Below, piece by piece: positions 48,664 through 57,028 of a DNA stretch of 64,000 nucleotides (position 1 is its first letter; each line of letters opens with the position of its first letter). The position numbers and the translations under genes were made by a program. The notes beneath the pieces were generated by a model. That model saw only the letters and a program-made list of their open reading frames with translations. It searched no databases and had not been told where the DNA came from. This DNA is from Candidatus Latescibacterota bacterium (GTDB lineage: Bacteria > Latescibacterota > UBA2968 > GCA-2709665): positions 1,472,001-1,536,000 of the forward strand of contig OZ242358.1 in NCBI GenBank assembly GCA_965208835.1. Reading direction: 5' to 3'.

Positions 48664-48857
48664 ACCTTGATTCGTATGTTTTTCGGTGACGTTAATTCGA
48701 ATAAGTTCGAGTTAATAAAGGCGATTAGACGGCGGATTCACAGGATACACCAGGTCACGGGACGTGCACTGAATGAACGTCCTTCTGAACGACATTTTCG
48801 CCCCGTTTCAGGTGTTCTCGTAGCGTCGCCGCGTTGCTGTTTTTTTCGAATTGGGGT
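48664..48857 (+). mobile_element. MITE-like repeat family B, copy 2
   Basis: ACCTTGATTCG...CGAATTGGGGT; aligns with 10158-10349. Confidence 0.8.
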
Positions 48858-48885
48858 TAATTCTTAATTCGTAATTGTTATTTCC

Positions 48886-50178
48886 ATGCGAATTGCCTAT
48901 ATCGCCGCCGGCGCGGCGGGGATGTATTGCGGGAGTTGCATTAACGACAATACGCTGGCATCGGCGCTCAGGCTGAAGGGAGTTGATCTGGCGCTGATTC
49001 CAACGTACACGCCGCTGCGGACCGATGGTCCCGACGCGAGCATCGACCGGGTGTTCTACGGTGGAATCAACGTCTATCTGCAGCAGAAGCTGGCGTTTTT
49101 TCGCCACGCGCCGGAACTCGTAGACCGCCTGATGAACGCGCGTACGCTGCTGAATTCGCTTTCCTGGTTCAGCGGATCCACGCGCGCTGAAGGTTTGGGG
49201 GCGCTCACGGTCTCGATATTGAAGGGGGAAGAGGGCGCCCAGAGAAAGGAACTTGAAAAGCTGGTTCGATGGCTAGAAGACGACCTGCGGCCGGACCTTG
49301 TTCATCTCACGAACTCCATGTTTCTGGGCATGGTACGTGAGATGAAGCGCGAATTGGGCGTTCCTGTTCTGTGTTCCGTTCAGGGGGAGGAGGTCTTTCT
49401 CGACGGGTTGGTCGAACCGTATCGAAACGAGGCGTTGAATGCGATGCGCGACCGGGCGCGCGACGTCGACGCGTTTGTGGCAACGTGCGACTGGTACGCG
49501 GCGTCGATGGCCGCGTATCTGAATGCGCCGCGCGATCGCTTCCATGTGGTTCCACTGGGCATCAGCATGGAGGGACACGGCACCTGGGAGCGGGCGCTGC
49601 CGGAAACCCCATTCACCGTCGGCTATATGGCCCGCATCGCGCCGGAGAAGGGACTGCATCTTCTGGCGGATGCCATGGGGCGGCTGGCGGAACAGGTTGG
49701 AAGCAGGAACATCAGACTGTTGGCGGCGGGTTATCTGGGTGGGCGTGAGAAGGCTTATTTTCATGAGGTGGTGTCGCTGATTGAGTCCCGCGGGCTTTCC
49801 AGTGTCTTCGAGTACCGGGGCGAGGTGGACCGGAAACAGAAGATCGAATTCCTGAACAGCGTCCATGTCCTGTCTGTGCCGACGCCGTACGAGGAGCCGA
49901 AAGGGTTGTTCGTACTGGAGGCGCTGGCTAACGGAACGCCCGTGGTTCAGCCGCGTCACGGCGCATTTCCGGAGCTTATTGAGCGCACCGGAGGAGGCAT
50001 CCTGGTCGATCCGGATTCCCCGGGGGCGCTGGCGGACGGGTTGTCCCGAATGATGAGAGACAGGGAGGCCCGGGAAGCCATGGGGAGAAACGGCCGCGCG
50101 GCCGTGCACCGGACGGCCAGCGACGCGTGCATGGCCGACGCCATGCTGGACGTCTATCGACGTTTCGTCGCGGGATGA
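48886..50178 (+). CDS. Glycosyltransferase family 4 with an N-terminal MYCGSC motif
   Basis: RIAPEKG and EPKGLFVLEALANGTPVV (Ex7E) motifs. Confidence 0.88.
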   Translation: MRIAYIAAGAAGMYCGSCINDNTLASALRLKGVDLALIPTYTPLRTDGPDASIDRVFYGGINVYLQQKLAFFRHAPELVDRLMNARTLLNSLSWFSGSTRAEGLGALTVSILKGEEGAQRKELEKLVRWLEDDLRPDLVHLTNSMFLGMVREMKRELGVPVLCSVQGEEVFLDGLVEPYRNEALNAMRDRARDVDAFVATCDWYAASMAAYLNAPRDRFHVVPLGISMEGHGTWERALPETPFTVGYMARIAPEKGLHLLADAMGRLAEQVGSRNIRLLAAGYLGGREKAYFHEVVSLIESRGLSSVFEYRGEVDRKQKIEFLNSVHVLSVPTPYEEPKGLFVLEALANGTPVVQPRHGAFPELIERTGGGILVDPDSPGALADGLSRMMRDREAREAMGRNGRAAVHRTASDACMADAMLDVYRRFVAG

Positions 50179-50239
50179 TCGGCCCGTCGGGGGCGGTCGC
50201 CGCGGCGATTTAAAATCGTAGTACGAAGGAGGAGATTCT

Positions 50240-50740
50240 ATGCCGGCCGAACAGGCATCGACGCCAGGGCTGACGTGGCTGATATTCGCCGCCATGACGG
50301 TAGGATCGTGGGGACTGTACGGGATTTTTCTGCATACCGGGCAGATTGCAATGGCCGATCCCGTGAACGGACGGTACAAAGCGTTTCTGCTCGTGGGCGT
50401 GGCATATCTGTTGACCGCCGTAATCGGTTCAATGGTCGTTCTGTGGTTGAACGGCTCGGACTGGTCGTTTCCCGCGCGCGGGTTCACCTGGTCTCTGCTC
50501 GCCGGTACCGTGGGTGCGATCGGCGCATTCGGCGTCCTGCTCGCGTTCGGCGCCCGTGGCACGCCTGCCGTGGTGATGTCGATCGTATTCGCGGGCGCTC
50601 CCATTGTAAACGCCGTAGTGTCGATGGCGGTACACCCGCCCGCCGGTGGATGGGGCGCGTTGAACTGGCAGTTCGTGCTGGGTATCGTACTCGCGGCGAT
50701 GGGGGGGTGCCTCGTAACGCTCTTCAAGCCGGCGTCGTGA
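50240..50740 (+). CDS. Small polytopic membrane protein (DMT/EamA-like half-transporter)
   Basis: Five hydrophobic segments; SWGLYG and VFAGAPIVNA motifs; AAGGAGGAG RBS. Confidence 0.75.
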   Translation: MPAEQASTPGLTWLIFAAMTVGSWGLYGIFLHTGQIAMADPVNGRYKAFLLVGVAYLLTAVIGSMVVLWLNGSDWSFPARGFTWSLLAGTVGAIGAFGVLLAFGARGTPAVVMSIVFAGAPIVNAVVSMAVHPPAGGWGALNWQFVLGIVLAAMGGCLVTLFKPAS

Positions 50741-50752
50741 AGCAGCAGAGGC

Positions 50753-50785
50753 AGCGATCAGCCGTCAGCTCTCAGCAAACAGCAA
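50753..50785 (+). repeat. Heptamer run (nnTCAGC)n
   Basis: GATCAGC CGTCAGC TCTCAGC AAACAGC; complementary-type run at 59975-59998. Confidence 0.6.
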
Positions 50786-50823
50786 AAGGCGAAAACCGTA
50801 TCGCGTGACGTCAGCGCTATTGT

Positions 50824-50930
50824 CCGGGCGCCCACAAGGGACGCCCCTACCAATGCAACATCGGCTCGGAAACACGAGAGATCAATTCAAGGACCTTTGG
50901 TTTGTAGGGGCGTCCCTTGTGGGCGCCCGG
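50824..50930. repeat. Inverted REP doublet (REPIN-like)
   Basis: CCGGGCGCCCACAAGGGACGCCCCTAC ... GTAGGGGCGTCCCTTGTGGGCGCCCGG, a perfect 27-bp IR. Confidence 0.85.
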
Positions 50931-50968
50931 CCTCCGGCGGGTTGGAAGGGTCTCTGAGAGGAAGTAAT

Positions 50969-51415
50969 ATGCCGTGTGAATTCAATACCACGCGACGAGT
51001 GGAATTTTCGGATACGGATATGGCCGGGATCGTGCACTTTTCCCGGTTTTTCGTTTTCATGGAAGCGGCGGAGCACGCGTTCCTGCGTTCGCTCGGCACC
51101 AGCGTGGCTGGCACATTGGAAGGACGAAGGGTCGGGTGGCCCCGGGTGGGCGCGTCGTGCGACTATCTCCATCCCGCCCGGTTCGAAGACATGCTGGACG
51201 TGCATTTGAAGGTGATACGAAAAGGGACCAGTTCGATGACATACGGGATTGAATTCCGGCGCGGCGACGTCCTTATTGCCCGGGGCCGGTTGAGTACGGT
51301 GTTCTGTGAGTGCGTCCCGGGGCGTCCGTTCCGCTCCACACCCATCCCGGATTCTGTCGCGGATCAGATTGAGGAATCCCCTGAACAGGAGGGGGAGGAT
51401 GACGCTGAGGGCTGA
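50969..51415 (+). CDS. Hotdog-fold acyl-CoA thioesterase (4HBT/YbgC family)
   Basis: RVEFSDTDMAGIVHFSRFFVFMEAAE motif. Confidence 0.9.
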   Translation: MPCEFNTTRRVEFSDTDMAGIVHFSRFFVFMEAAEHAFLRSLGTSVAGTLEGRRVGWPRVGASCDYLHPARFEDMLDVHLKVIRKGTSSMTYGIEFRRGDVLIARGRLSTVFCECVPGRPFRSTPIPDSVADQIEESPEQEGEDDAEG

Positions 51416-52058
51416 GCGTGTCTCGAAGCGATACGGGGATGTGACGGTTCTCAGGGACGTCTCGATTGAAGTTTCGCGAGGCCAGTCCCTTGCGGTCGTC
51501 GGGCCCTCAGGATCGGGAAAGAGTACGCTGCTGCACGTATTCGGTACCCTGGACAGACCGACCTCCGGCCGTGTGACCGTCGACGGCCGGGACCCCTACG
51601 TCCTTCCTGAGAAGGACCTGGCGCGCTTCCGAAACCGCGTGATCGGATTCGTCTTCCAGGACCACCATCTGCTGCCCCAGTATTCGGTGCTCGAAAACGT
51701 GATGATGCCGACGCTGGCGTTCCGAGATGGAGGGGCGGACGCCGCTGAACGGGCGCGGGACCTGATCGAACGTGTCGGGCTCGGGCATCGAACCAACCAC
51801 CGCCCTTCCGCCCTTTCGGGCGGTGAACGCCAGCGCGTCGCGGTGGCTCGGGCGCTGGTCAACCGGCCGGCGCTGCTGCTTTGCGACGAGCCGACGGGCA
51901 GCCTGGACCGGGCCCGGGCCGATGAAGTCGGCGATCTGCTTTTTGAGCTGCACGCGGAACAGGAGACCATCCTCATCGGCGTCACGCACAGCCTGGAGCT
52001 GGCCGCGAGATTTGAGCGCCGGATGGCCTTGCAGGAGGGAACGTGCGTCGAAGCCTGA
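51399..52058 (+). CDS. ABC transporter ATP-binding protein (LolD/MacB-like)
   Basis: [27 protein letters not shown] and VTH motifs. Confidence 0.95.
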   Translation: MTLRAERVSKRYGDVTVLRDVSIEVSRGQSLAVVGPSGSGKSTLLHVFGTLDRPTSGRVTVDGRDPYVLPEKDLARFRNRVIGFVFQDHHLLPQYSVLENVMMPTLAFRDGGADAAERARDLIERVGLGHRTNHRPSALSGGERQRVAVARALVNRPALLLCDEPTGSLDRARADEVGDLLFELHAEQETILIGVTHSLELAARFERRMALQEGTCVEA

Positions 52059-55000
52059 CGTTTTACTGGCGCATCCACCTGCTGGTGATGCTCGCGGTTG
52101 CCGCGGCGGCCGCCGTCCTCACCGGCGCCCTGCTGGTGGGCGATTCGGTGCGGGAAAGCCTGCGTGACCTGACCGTCGACCGGCTTGGCGACATTGACCA
52201 TGCGCTTGTTGCGGACCGCTTCTTCCGTGCGGGTCTGGCCCGGGATATCGAGGCGGCGGGGGAGGATGTGACGGTTGTTCCGGCGGTGACGCTCAGGGGC
52301 ACGGCAGTGCATGGTAGTGCAGGTACGCGGGCGACCCGCGTACGGATTCTGGGCGTCGATTCGCGATTCGGTGATCTCTTCCAGGCGTCGTTTCCCGACC
52401 TCGACCGCCGCGGGGTGTACACGCCGCTTGTCGTAAACGAGTCCCTTGGACGGGAACTGGATGCCAGGGTTGGCGACGCGATTCTGCTGTCCTTTGAGCT
52501 TCCCGACAATATTCATCGGGAGTCGCTCTTCGGCCGTGACGAGGTCTCGGAGTCGATATTGACCGTGCGTGTGCGGATTGCGGCCATGCTGCCCGACCGC
52601 GGGGTGGGTCGCTTCGGTTTGCGCTCGAGCCAGGATGTGCCGCTTAATGCGTTTGTTTCCCTGATCGAATTGCAGAACGCGATGGGACTTCCGGATCGGG
52701 TCAACACGCTTCTGGCGACGGTTCGGCCCGGCGCCGCGGCCGGATTGAGGTCCGCGCTTTCCCGCGCGGTCGTGCTGGACGACCTGGGACTGTCGATACG
52801 CGAAGGAAGGGGCTTTTTTTTTGTCGAGAGCACACAGTTCGTCCTCAAACCCCACCTGTCCCGGACGATTGTGGGCCTGGCGGAAGAAATGGGGATGCCG
52901 CGGCTTCCGATCCTGACCTACCTGGCGAACGCCATCGAAGCGGGGGACCGGACGTTGCCGTATTCAACGGTCGCGGCAATTGACCTCGGGAACTTTGGAC
53001 CCGCGCAGCTCCTGAACGGAAATCCGGCGCCGGCGCCCGGCGACGGGGAAATTCTGCTGAACGCCTGGGCGGCCGCGGACCTGAACGCCAGGACCGGCGA
53101 TCCGGTCACCATCGAATATCTCGAAGTCGGGCCTGGAGACGCGCTGATTCCAAGGCGCGAGACATTCAAACTTGCAGGCGTGGTCGCGATGACGGGATTG
53201 GGCGCCGATTCGCTGCTGGCGCCCAGGTTTCCGGGATTGCAGGATGCAGACGATATGCACGCGTGGGACCCTCCGTTTCCCATCGATCTCCAGCGCATCA
53301 GGCCCAAAGACGAAGCCTACTGGGACGCCCACCGGGCGGCGCCCAAAGCCCTGGTATCCGCCTCCACCGGCCAACGACTGTGGCGAAACCGGTTCGGCAA
53401 TCTGACGTCCGTCAGGATCGGGCCCGCGCACGGCATGGACGTCACGAGTTCGGCCCGGCGATTTCGCTCCGGAATGCGGGGCGCGCTTTCGCCCGAGTCC
53501 ACCGGCCTGGTATTCCGGCCGGTAAGGGAAGAGGGGATGGCCGCTTCGTCAGGCTCGACCGATTTCCGATGGCTCTTCGGCGGGTTCAGTCTGTTTCTGA
53601 TCGTCTCCGCCGCGTTGCTTGTGGGCCTTCTCTTCCTGCTCGGGGTGGATCAGCGCGCCGGAGAGGTGGGCGTGCTGACGGCGTCGGGATTCACCGCCAG
53701 GGCCATCCGCGGCCGGTTTATGGGCGAGGCGATCTGGCTGGCGGGTCTTGGCGGCCTGGTCGGGATTGCAGGAGGACTGGCGTACGGTTGGGTCATGCTG
53801 GCCGGTCTGCGTACGTGGTGGGTCCCGGCGGTTGGAACCACGGAACTCTATCTGCACGTGAACGGATCCAGCCTGGTGGCGGCATTCGCGGTCTCACAGG
53901 TTGTGGCACTGCTCGCAATCTGGATGACGGTCCGGCGATTGTCCCGCATGCCCGCGCGTGCCCTGCTGTCCGGCAGCGTTTGTGCGGCAACAGGCGATCA
54001 TGGAGGGCGGGTCCGGGTCTATGTCCTCGGAAGCCTGGCATTGGCCACGGCCTGTCTCGCGGCGGCCGCACAGGCGGACCGGCAAGCGGCGGCCGCGCTG
54101 TTTTTCGGGTGCGGGGCATTCCTTCTCACATCGGGTCTGGGCCTGCTTTCGATGTGGCTTCGCGGCCGGGGAAATGCGGCGGCGAGGGGCATCTCGAGCA
54201 TGGGCGTGCGGAACAGCGCGCGAAATCCCGGCCGGAGCATGCTGTGTGCGGGGTTGATCGCGAGCGCCTGTTTCGTGGTTGTGGCGGTTGGCGCCCATCG
54301 CCGCGCAGACGTCAACGGGGATGCGCTGAACAGCCGGACGTCGGGCGGCGGCGGGTTCCAGCTCGTTGTCGAAACGGATGCGCCGCTATATCACGATCTC
54401 AATTCGGAGGACGGCCGGTTCGAGCTGGGGTTTAACCCGGAGGATGCGCCAATTCTGGACAGGGCGAGGTTCATGCCGTTCCGTGTCCTGCCGGGCGAGG
54501 ACGTGAGTTGTCTGAATCTGTACAAGCCCAGCCATCCCCGGGTCCTGGGCGTGCCTGAAGCCCTGATGAGACGGGGCGGTTTCTCGTTTGACCGGCTGTT
54601 GGAGGAAGCGGATGAGCCATGGACTCTATTGGCGGGGGGCGCGGAACAGGACGTGATTCCCGCGTTCGGAGATGTAAACTCGGTGACCTGGATCCTGCAC
54701 AGGAAGCTGGGCGACGAAATCCCGATGCGATCCCATACAGGCGAGGTCGTCCGGCTGAGGCTTGTGGGTCTGCTGAAGAACAGTATCTTCCAGAGTGAAT
54801 TGCTGGTGTCCGAGGCGAATTTCACCGCCCATTTCCCCGATCGGAGCGGCTATGGCTATTTTCTGGTCGAGACCGACCGACCCCGCGAATTGGGTGCGCT
54901 CCTGGAGCGGAGGTTGCAGGACGCCGGTCCGGATGCGACGACGACGGCGGCCAGGCTGGCTGGCTTCCGAGCGGTGGAGAACACGTATCTGTCCACGTTT

Positions 55001-55363
55001 CAGACACTCGGCGGGTTGGGGGTGCTTCTGGGTACGTTCGGTCTTGGGATCGTGATGGTACGCAACGTCGTCGAACGCCGGGGCGAACTCGCGGCGCTTC
55101 GGGCGCTCGGGTTTCGCAGGTCGTCTCTATCGGGACTCCTGTTCATGGAAAACGGGTTCCTGATGGCAACGGGCATGGCCATCGGGGCAGCGGCCGCGAT
55201 CGTGACGACAGTGCCCCTCGCTTCGGGCGGCGAATTGCCCTGGCTTTCTCTTCTGGCAACGCTGGGTCTTATACTCATTACGGGCATGGCCGCGGGCGCC
55301 GCGGGGATTTTTGCCGCGCTGAGGACCCCGCTGTTGCCGGCATTGAAGCGGGACGGCGCGTAG
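52043..55363 (+). CDS. Large duplicated FtsX/MacB-type ABC permease
   Basis: Two TM clusters with R.GE...L.A.GF motifs and two large periplasmic domains; 1106 aa. Confidence 0.85.
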   Translation: MRRSLTFYWRIHLLVMLAVAAAAAVLTGALLVGDSVRESLRDLTVDRLGDIDHALVADRFFRAGLARDIEAAGEDVTVVPAVTLRGTAVHGSAGTRATRVRILGVDSRFGDLFQASFPDLDRRGVYTPLVVNESLGRELDARVGDAILLSFELPDNIHRESLFGRDEVSESILTVRVRIAAMLPDRGVGRFGLRSSQDVPLNAFVSLIELQNAMGLPDRVNTLLATVRPGAAAGLRSALSRAVVLDDLGLSIREGRGFFFVESTQFVLKPHLSRTIVGLAEEMGMPRLPILTYLANAIEAGDRTLPYSTVAAIDLGNFGPAQLLNGNPAPAPGDGEILLNAWAAADLNARTGDPVTIEYLEVGPGDALIPRRETFKLAGVVAMTGLGADSLLAPRFPGLQDADDMHAWDPPFPIDLQRIRPKDEAYWDAHRAAPKALVSASTGQRLWRNRFGNLTSVRIGPAHGMDVTSSARRFRSGMRGALSPESTGLVFRPVREEGMAASSGSTDFRWLFGGFSLFLIVSAALLVGLLFLLGVDQRAGEVGVLTASGFTARAIRGRFMGEAIWLAGLGGLVGIAGGLAYGWVMLAGLRTWWVPAVGTTELYLHVNGSSLVAAFAVSQVVALLAIWMTVRRLSRMPARALLSGSVCAATGDHGGRVRVYVLGSLALATACLAAAAQADRQAAAALFFGCGAFLLTSGLGLLSMWLRGRGNAAARGISSMGVRNSARNPGRSMLCAGLIASACFVVVAVGAHRRADVNGDALNSRTSGGGGFQLVVETDAPLYHDLNSEDGRFELGFNPEDAPILDRARFMPFRVLPGEDVSCLNLYKPSHPRVLGVPEALMRRGGFSFDRLLEEADEPWTLLAGGAEQDVIPAFGDVNSVTWILHRKLGDEIPMRSHTGEVVRLRLVGLLKNSIFQSELLVSEANFTAHFPDRSGYGYFLVETDRPRELGALLERRLQDAGPDATTTAARLAGFRAVENTYLSTFQTLGGLGVLLGTFGLGIVMVRNVVERRGELAALRALGFRRSSLSGLLFMENGFLMATGMAIGAAAAIVTTVPLASGGELPWLSLLATLGLILITGMAAGAAGIFAALRTPLLPALKRDGA

Positions 55364-55482
55364 CGGCCGATTCGAGAGTGCGGCGACAATAGGTTTTCAG
55401 ATTTGGAATCGCGCGTCGTATATTCAATTGAGGATACGCAGATCCGGCGTTCTCCGTCTTTCCAAGGCGAAAGGAGCCTGGA

Positions 55483-56781
55483 ATGAATCGAATGATTTTA
55501 TCCCTGACCGCATTCTGTCTGGTTGTCGCATCCGGACCGGCTGCGTCGAACTGGCCTCACTGGCGTGGACCGAACCGGAACGGGCTCGTCGACGGGAGTC
55601 CACCCGTACAGTGGAGCGAACAGAAGAATATCCGATGGAAGGCGCCCATTCCCGGCCTGGGTCACGCAACGCCGATTGTCTGGGGCGATCGTATCTTCGT
55701 GCAGACCGCGGTGAGGACTGACAAAGTCGTGGCGGATAACGGCAGGGGAAGGCGCCGTCCCCCGCCCAATCTGCTTCAGTACAAGGTCCTGGCGCTGGAC
55801 CGGCGGACCGGGGAAACCGTCTGGGAAAAGACGGTTCGGGAGGCCCGGCCTCACGAGGGGATGCACCGGACGGCGTCGTTTGCGTCCCCATCGGGCATTA
55901 CGGACGGAGAAAATCTCTTTGCGTATTTTGGATCACAAGGGCTCTATTGCCTCGATATGGACGGCAATCTGAAGTGGGAGAAAGACCTGGGCAAATACTG
56001 GAGCAGAGCCGCGTTCGGCGAGGGGGCTTCGCCAACGGTCCACGGCAACACCCTGGTGATCAACTGGGACCACGAAGGGGATTCGTTCATAGTCGCGCTG
56101 GACAAGAAAACGGGAAGGGAACTCTGGCGGAACGGCCGGGACGAGGTCACGTCGTGGTCCTCACCCGTCACGGTGGAATACGGCGGCCGGACCCAGGTGA
56201 TCGTCAGCGCTTCGCGCCGCACACGGAGCTACGACCTGGAGACCGGCGCGCTGATCTGGGAATGCGGCGGGCTGGGGACGAACGTGATCCCCACGCCGCT
56301 ACATGCGGACGGGGTGGTGTACGTGGCCAGCGGTCACAGGAGTCCCGCCATGCAGGCCATCTCGCTGGACCGCGCAAAGGGGGACATTTCGGGTTCGGAC
56401 TCGGTGTTGTGGTCCATCACCCGGGATACGCCCTATGTGTCTTCACCCCTGCTACACGCCGGCCGGTTGTTCATGCTGAAAGGCAGGGGCGCGTTCCTGT
56501 CCTGCTATAACGCGGGTACCGGCAAGCCGGTTTTCGGACCCAAACGCCTGGACGGGACGGGCTTCATCTACGCGTCGCTGGTCGGCGCGGACGACCGCGT
56601 GTATATTACCGATCTCGAAGGCAGGACGCTCGTCGTCAGGAACAGCCCTGAGTTCGAAATCCTTGCGACGAATACCCTGGATGAAGGGAGCGGGGCGTCT
56701 CCGGTGGTTGTCGGAGACGCGCTCTATCTGAGGGGACGCAGCCACCTCTACTGTATCGCTGAAGACCTGACGAACCGTTAG
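55483..56781 (+). CDS. Secreted PQQ-like beta-propeller repeat protein
   Basis: Signal peptide; NWPHWRGPNRNG, WSSP and PYVSSP motifs. Confidence 0.88.
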   Translation: MNRMILSLTAFCLVVASGPAASNWPHWRGPNRNGLVDGSPPVQWSEQKNIRWKAPIPGLGHATPIVWGDRIFVQTAVRTDKVVADNGRGRRRPPPNLLQYKVLALDRRTGETVWEKTVREARPHEGMHRTASFASPSGITDGENLFAYFGSQGLYCLDMDGNLKWEKDLGKYWSRAAFGEGASPTVHGNTLVINWDHEGDSFIVALDKKTGRELWRNGRDEVTSWSSPVTVEYGGRTQVIVSASRRTRSYDLETGALIWECGGLGTNVIPTPLHADGVVYVASGHRSPAMQAISLDRAKGDISGSDSVLWSITRDTPYVSSPLLHAGRLFMLKGRGAFLSCYNAGTGKPVFGPKRLDGTGFIYASLVGADDRVYITDLEGRTLVVRNSPEFEILATNTLDEGSGASPVVVGDALYLRGRSHLYCIAEDLTNR

Positions 56782-56995
56782 CCTCGATTCGAACAAAGAC
56801 GACAGTCGAATTGGCCACAAAAAGCACAAAAGGCACAGAAGGTACCGGTGCAAAACGGTGTGTTGAAGTCGACCGGAAGGACGTTCGTTCCGTTCACGTC
56901 CAGTGACCTGGTTTATCCTGGTAATCCGCCTTCTAATCGCCTTATTAACTAGCACTTATTCGAATTAACGTCCACGAAAACTTACGAATCAAGGT
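56781..56995 (-). mobile_element. MITE-like repeat family B, copy 3 (inverted, divergent in one half)
   Basis: GCCTCGATTCG...CGAATCAAGGT; 56877-56995 is the reverse complement of the first ~120 bp of copies 1 and 2. Confidence 0.75.
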
Positions 56996-57028
56996 TAGAC
57001 CTGGAACCGAATGGAGAGAGGAGTTTCG

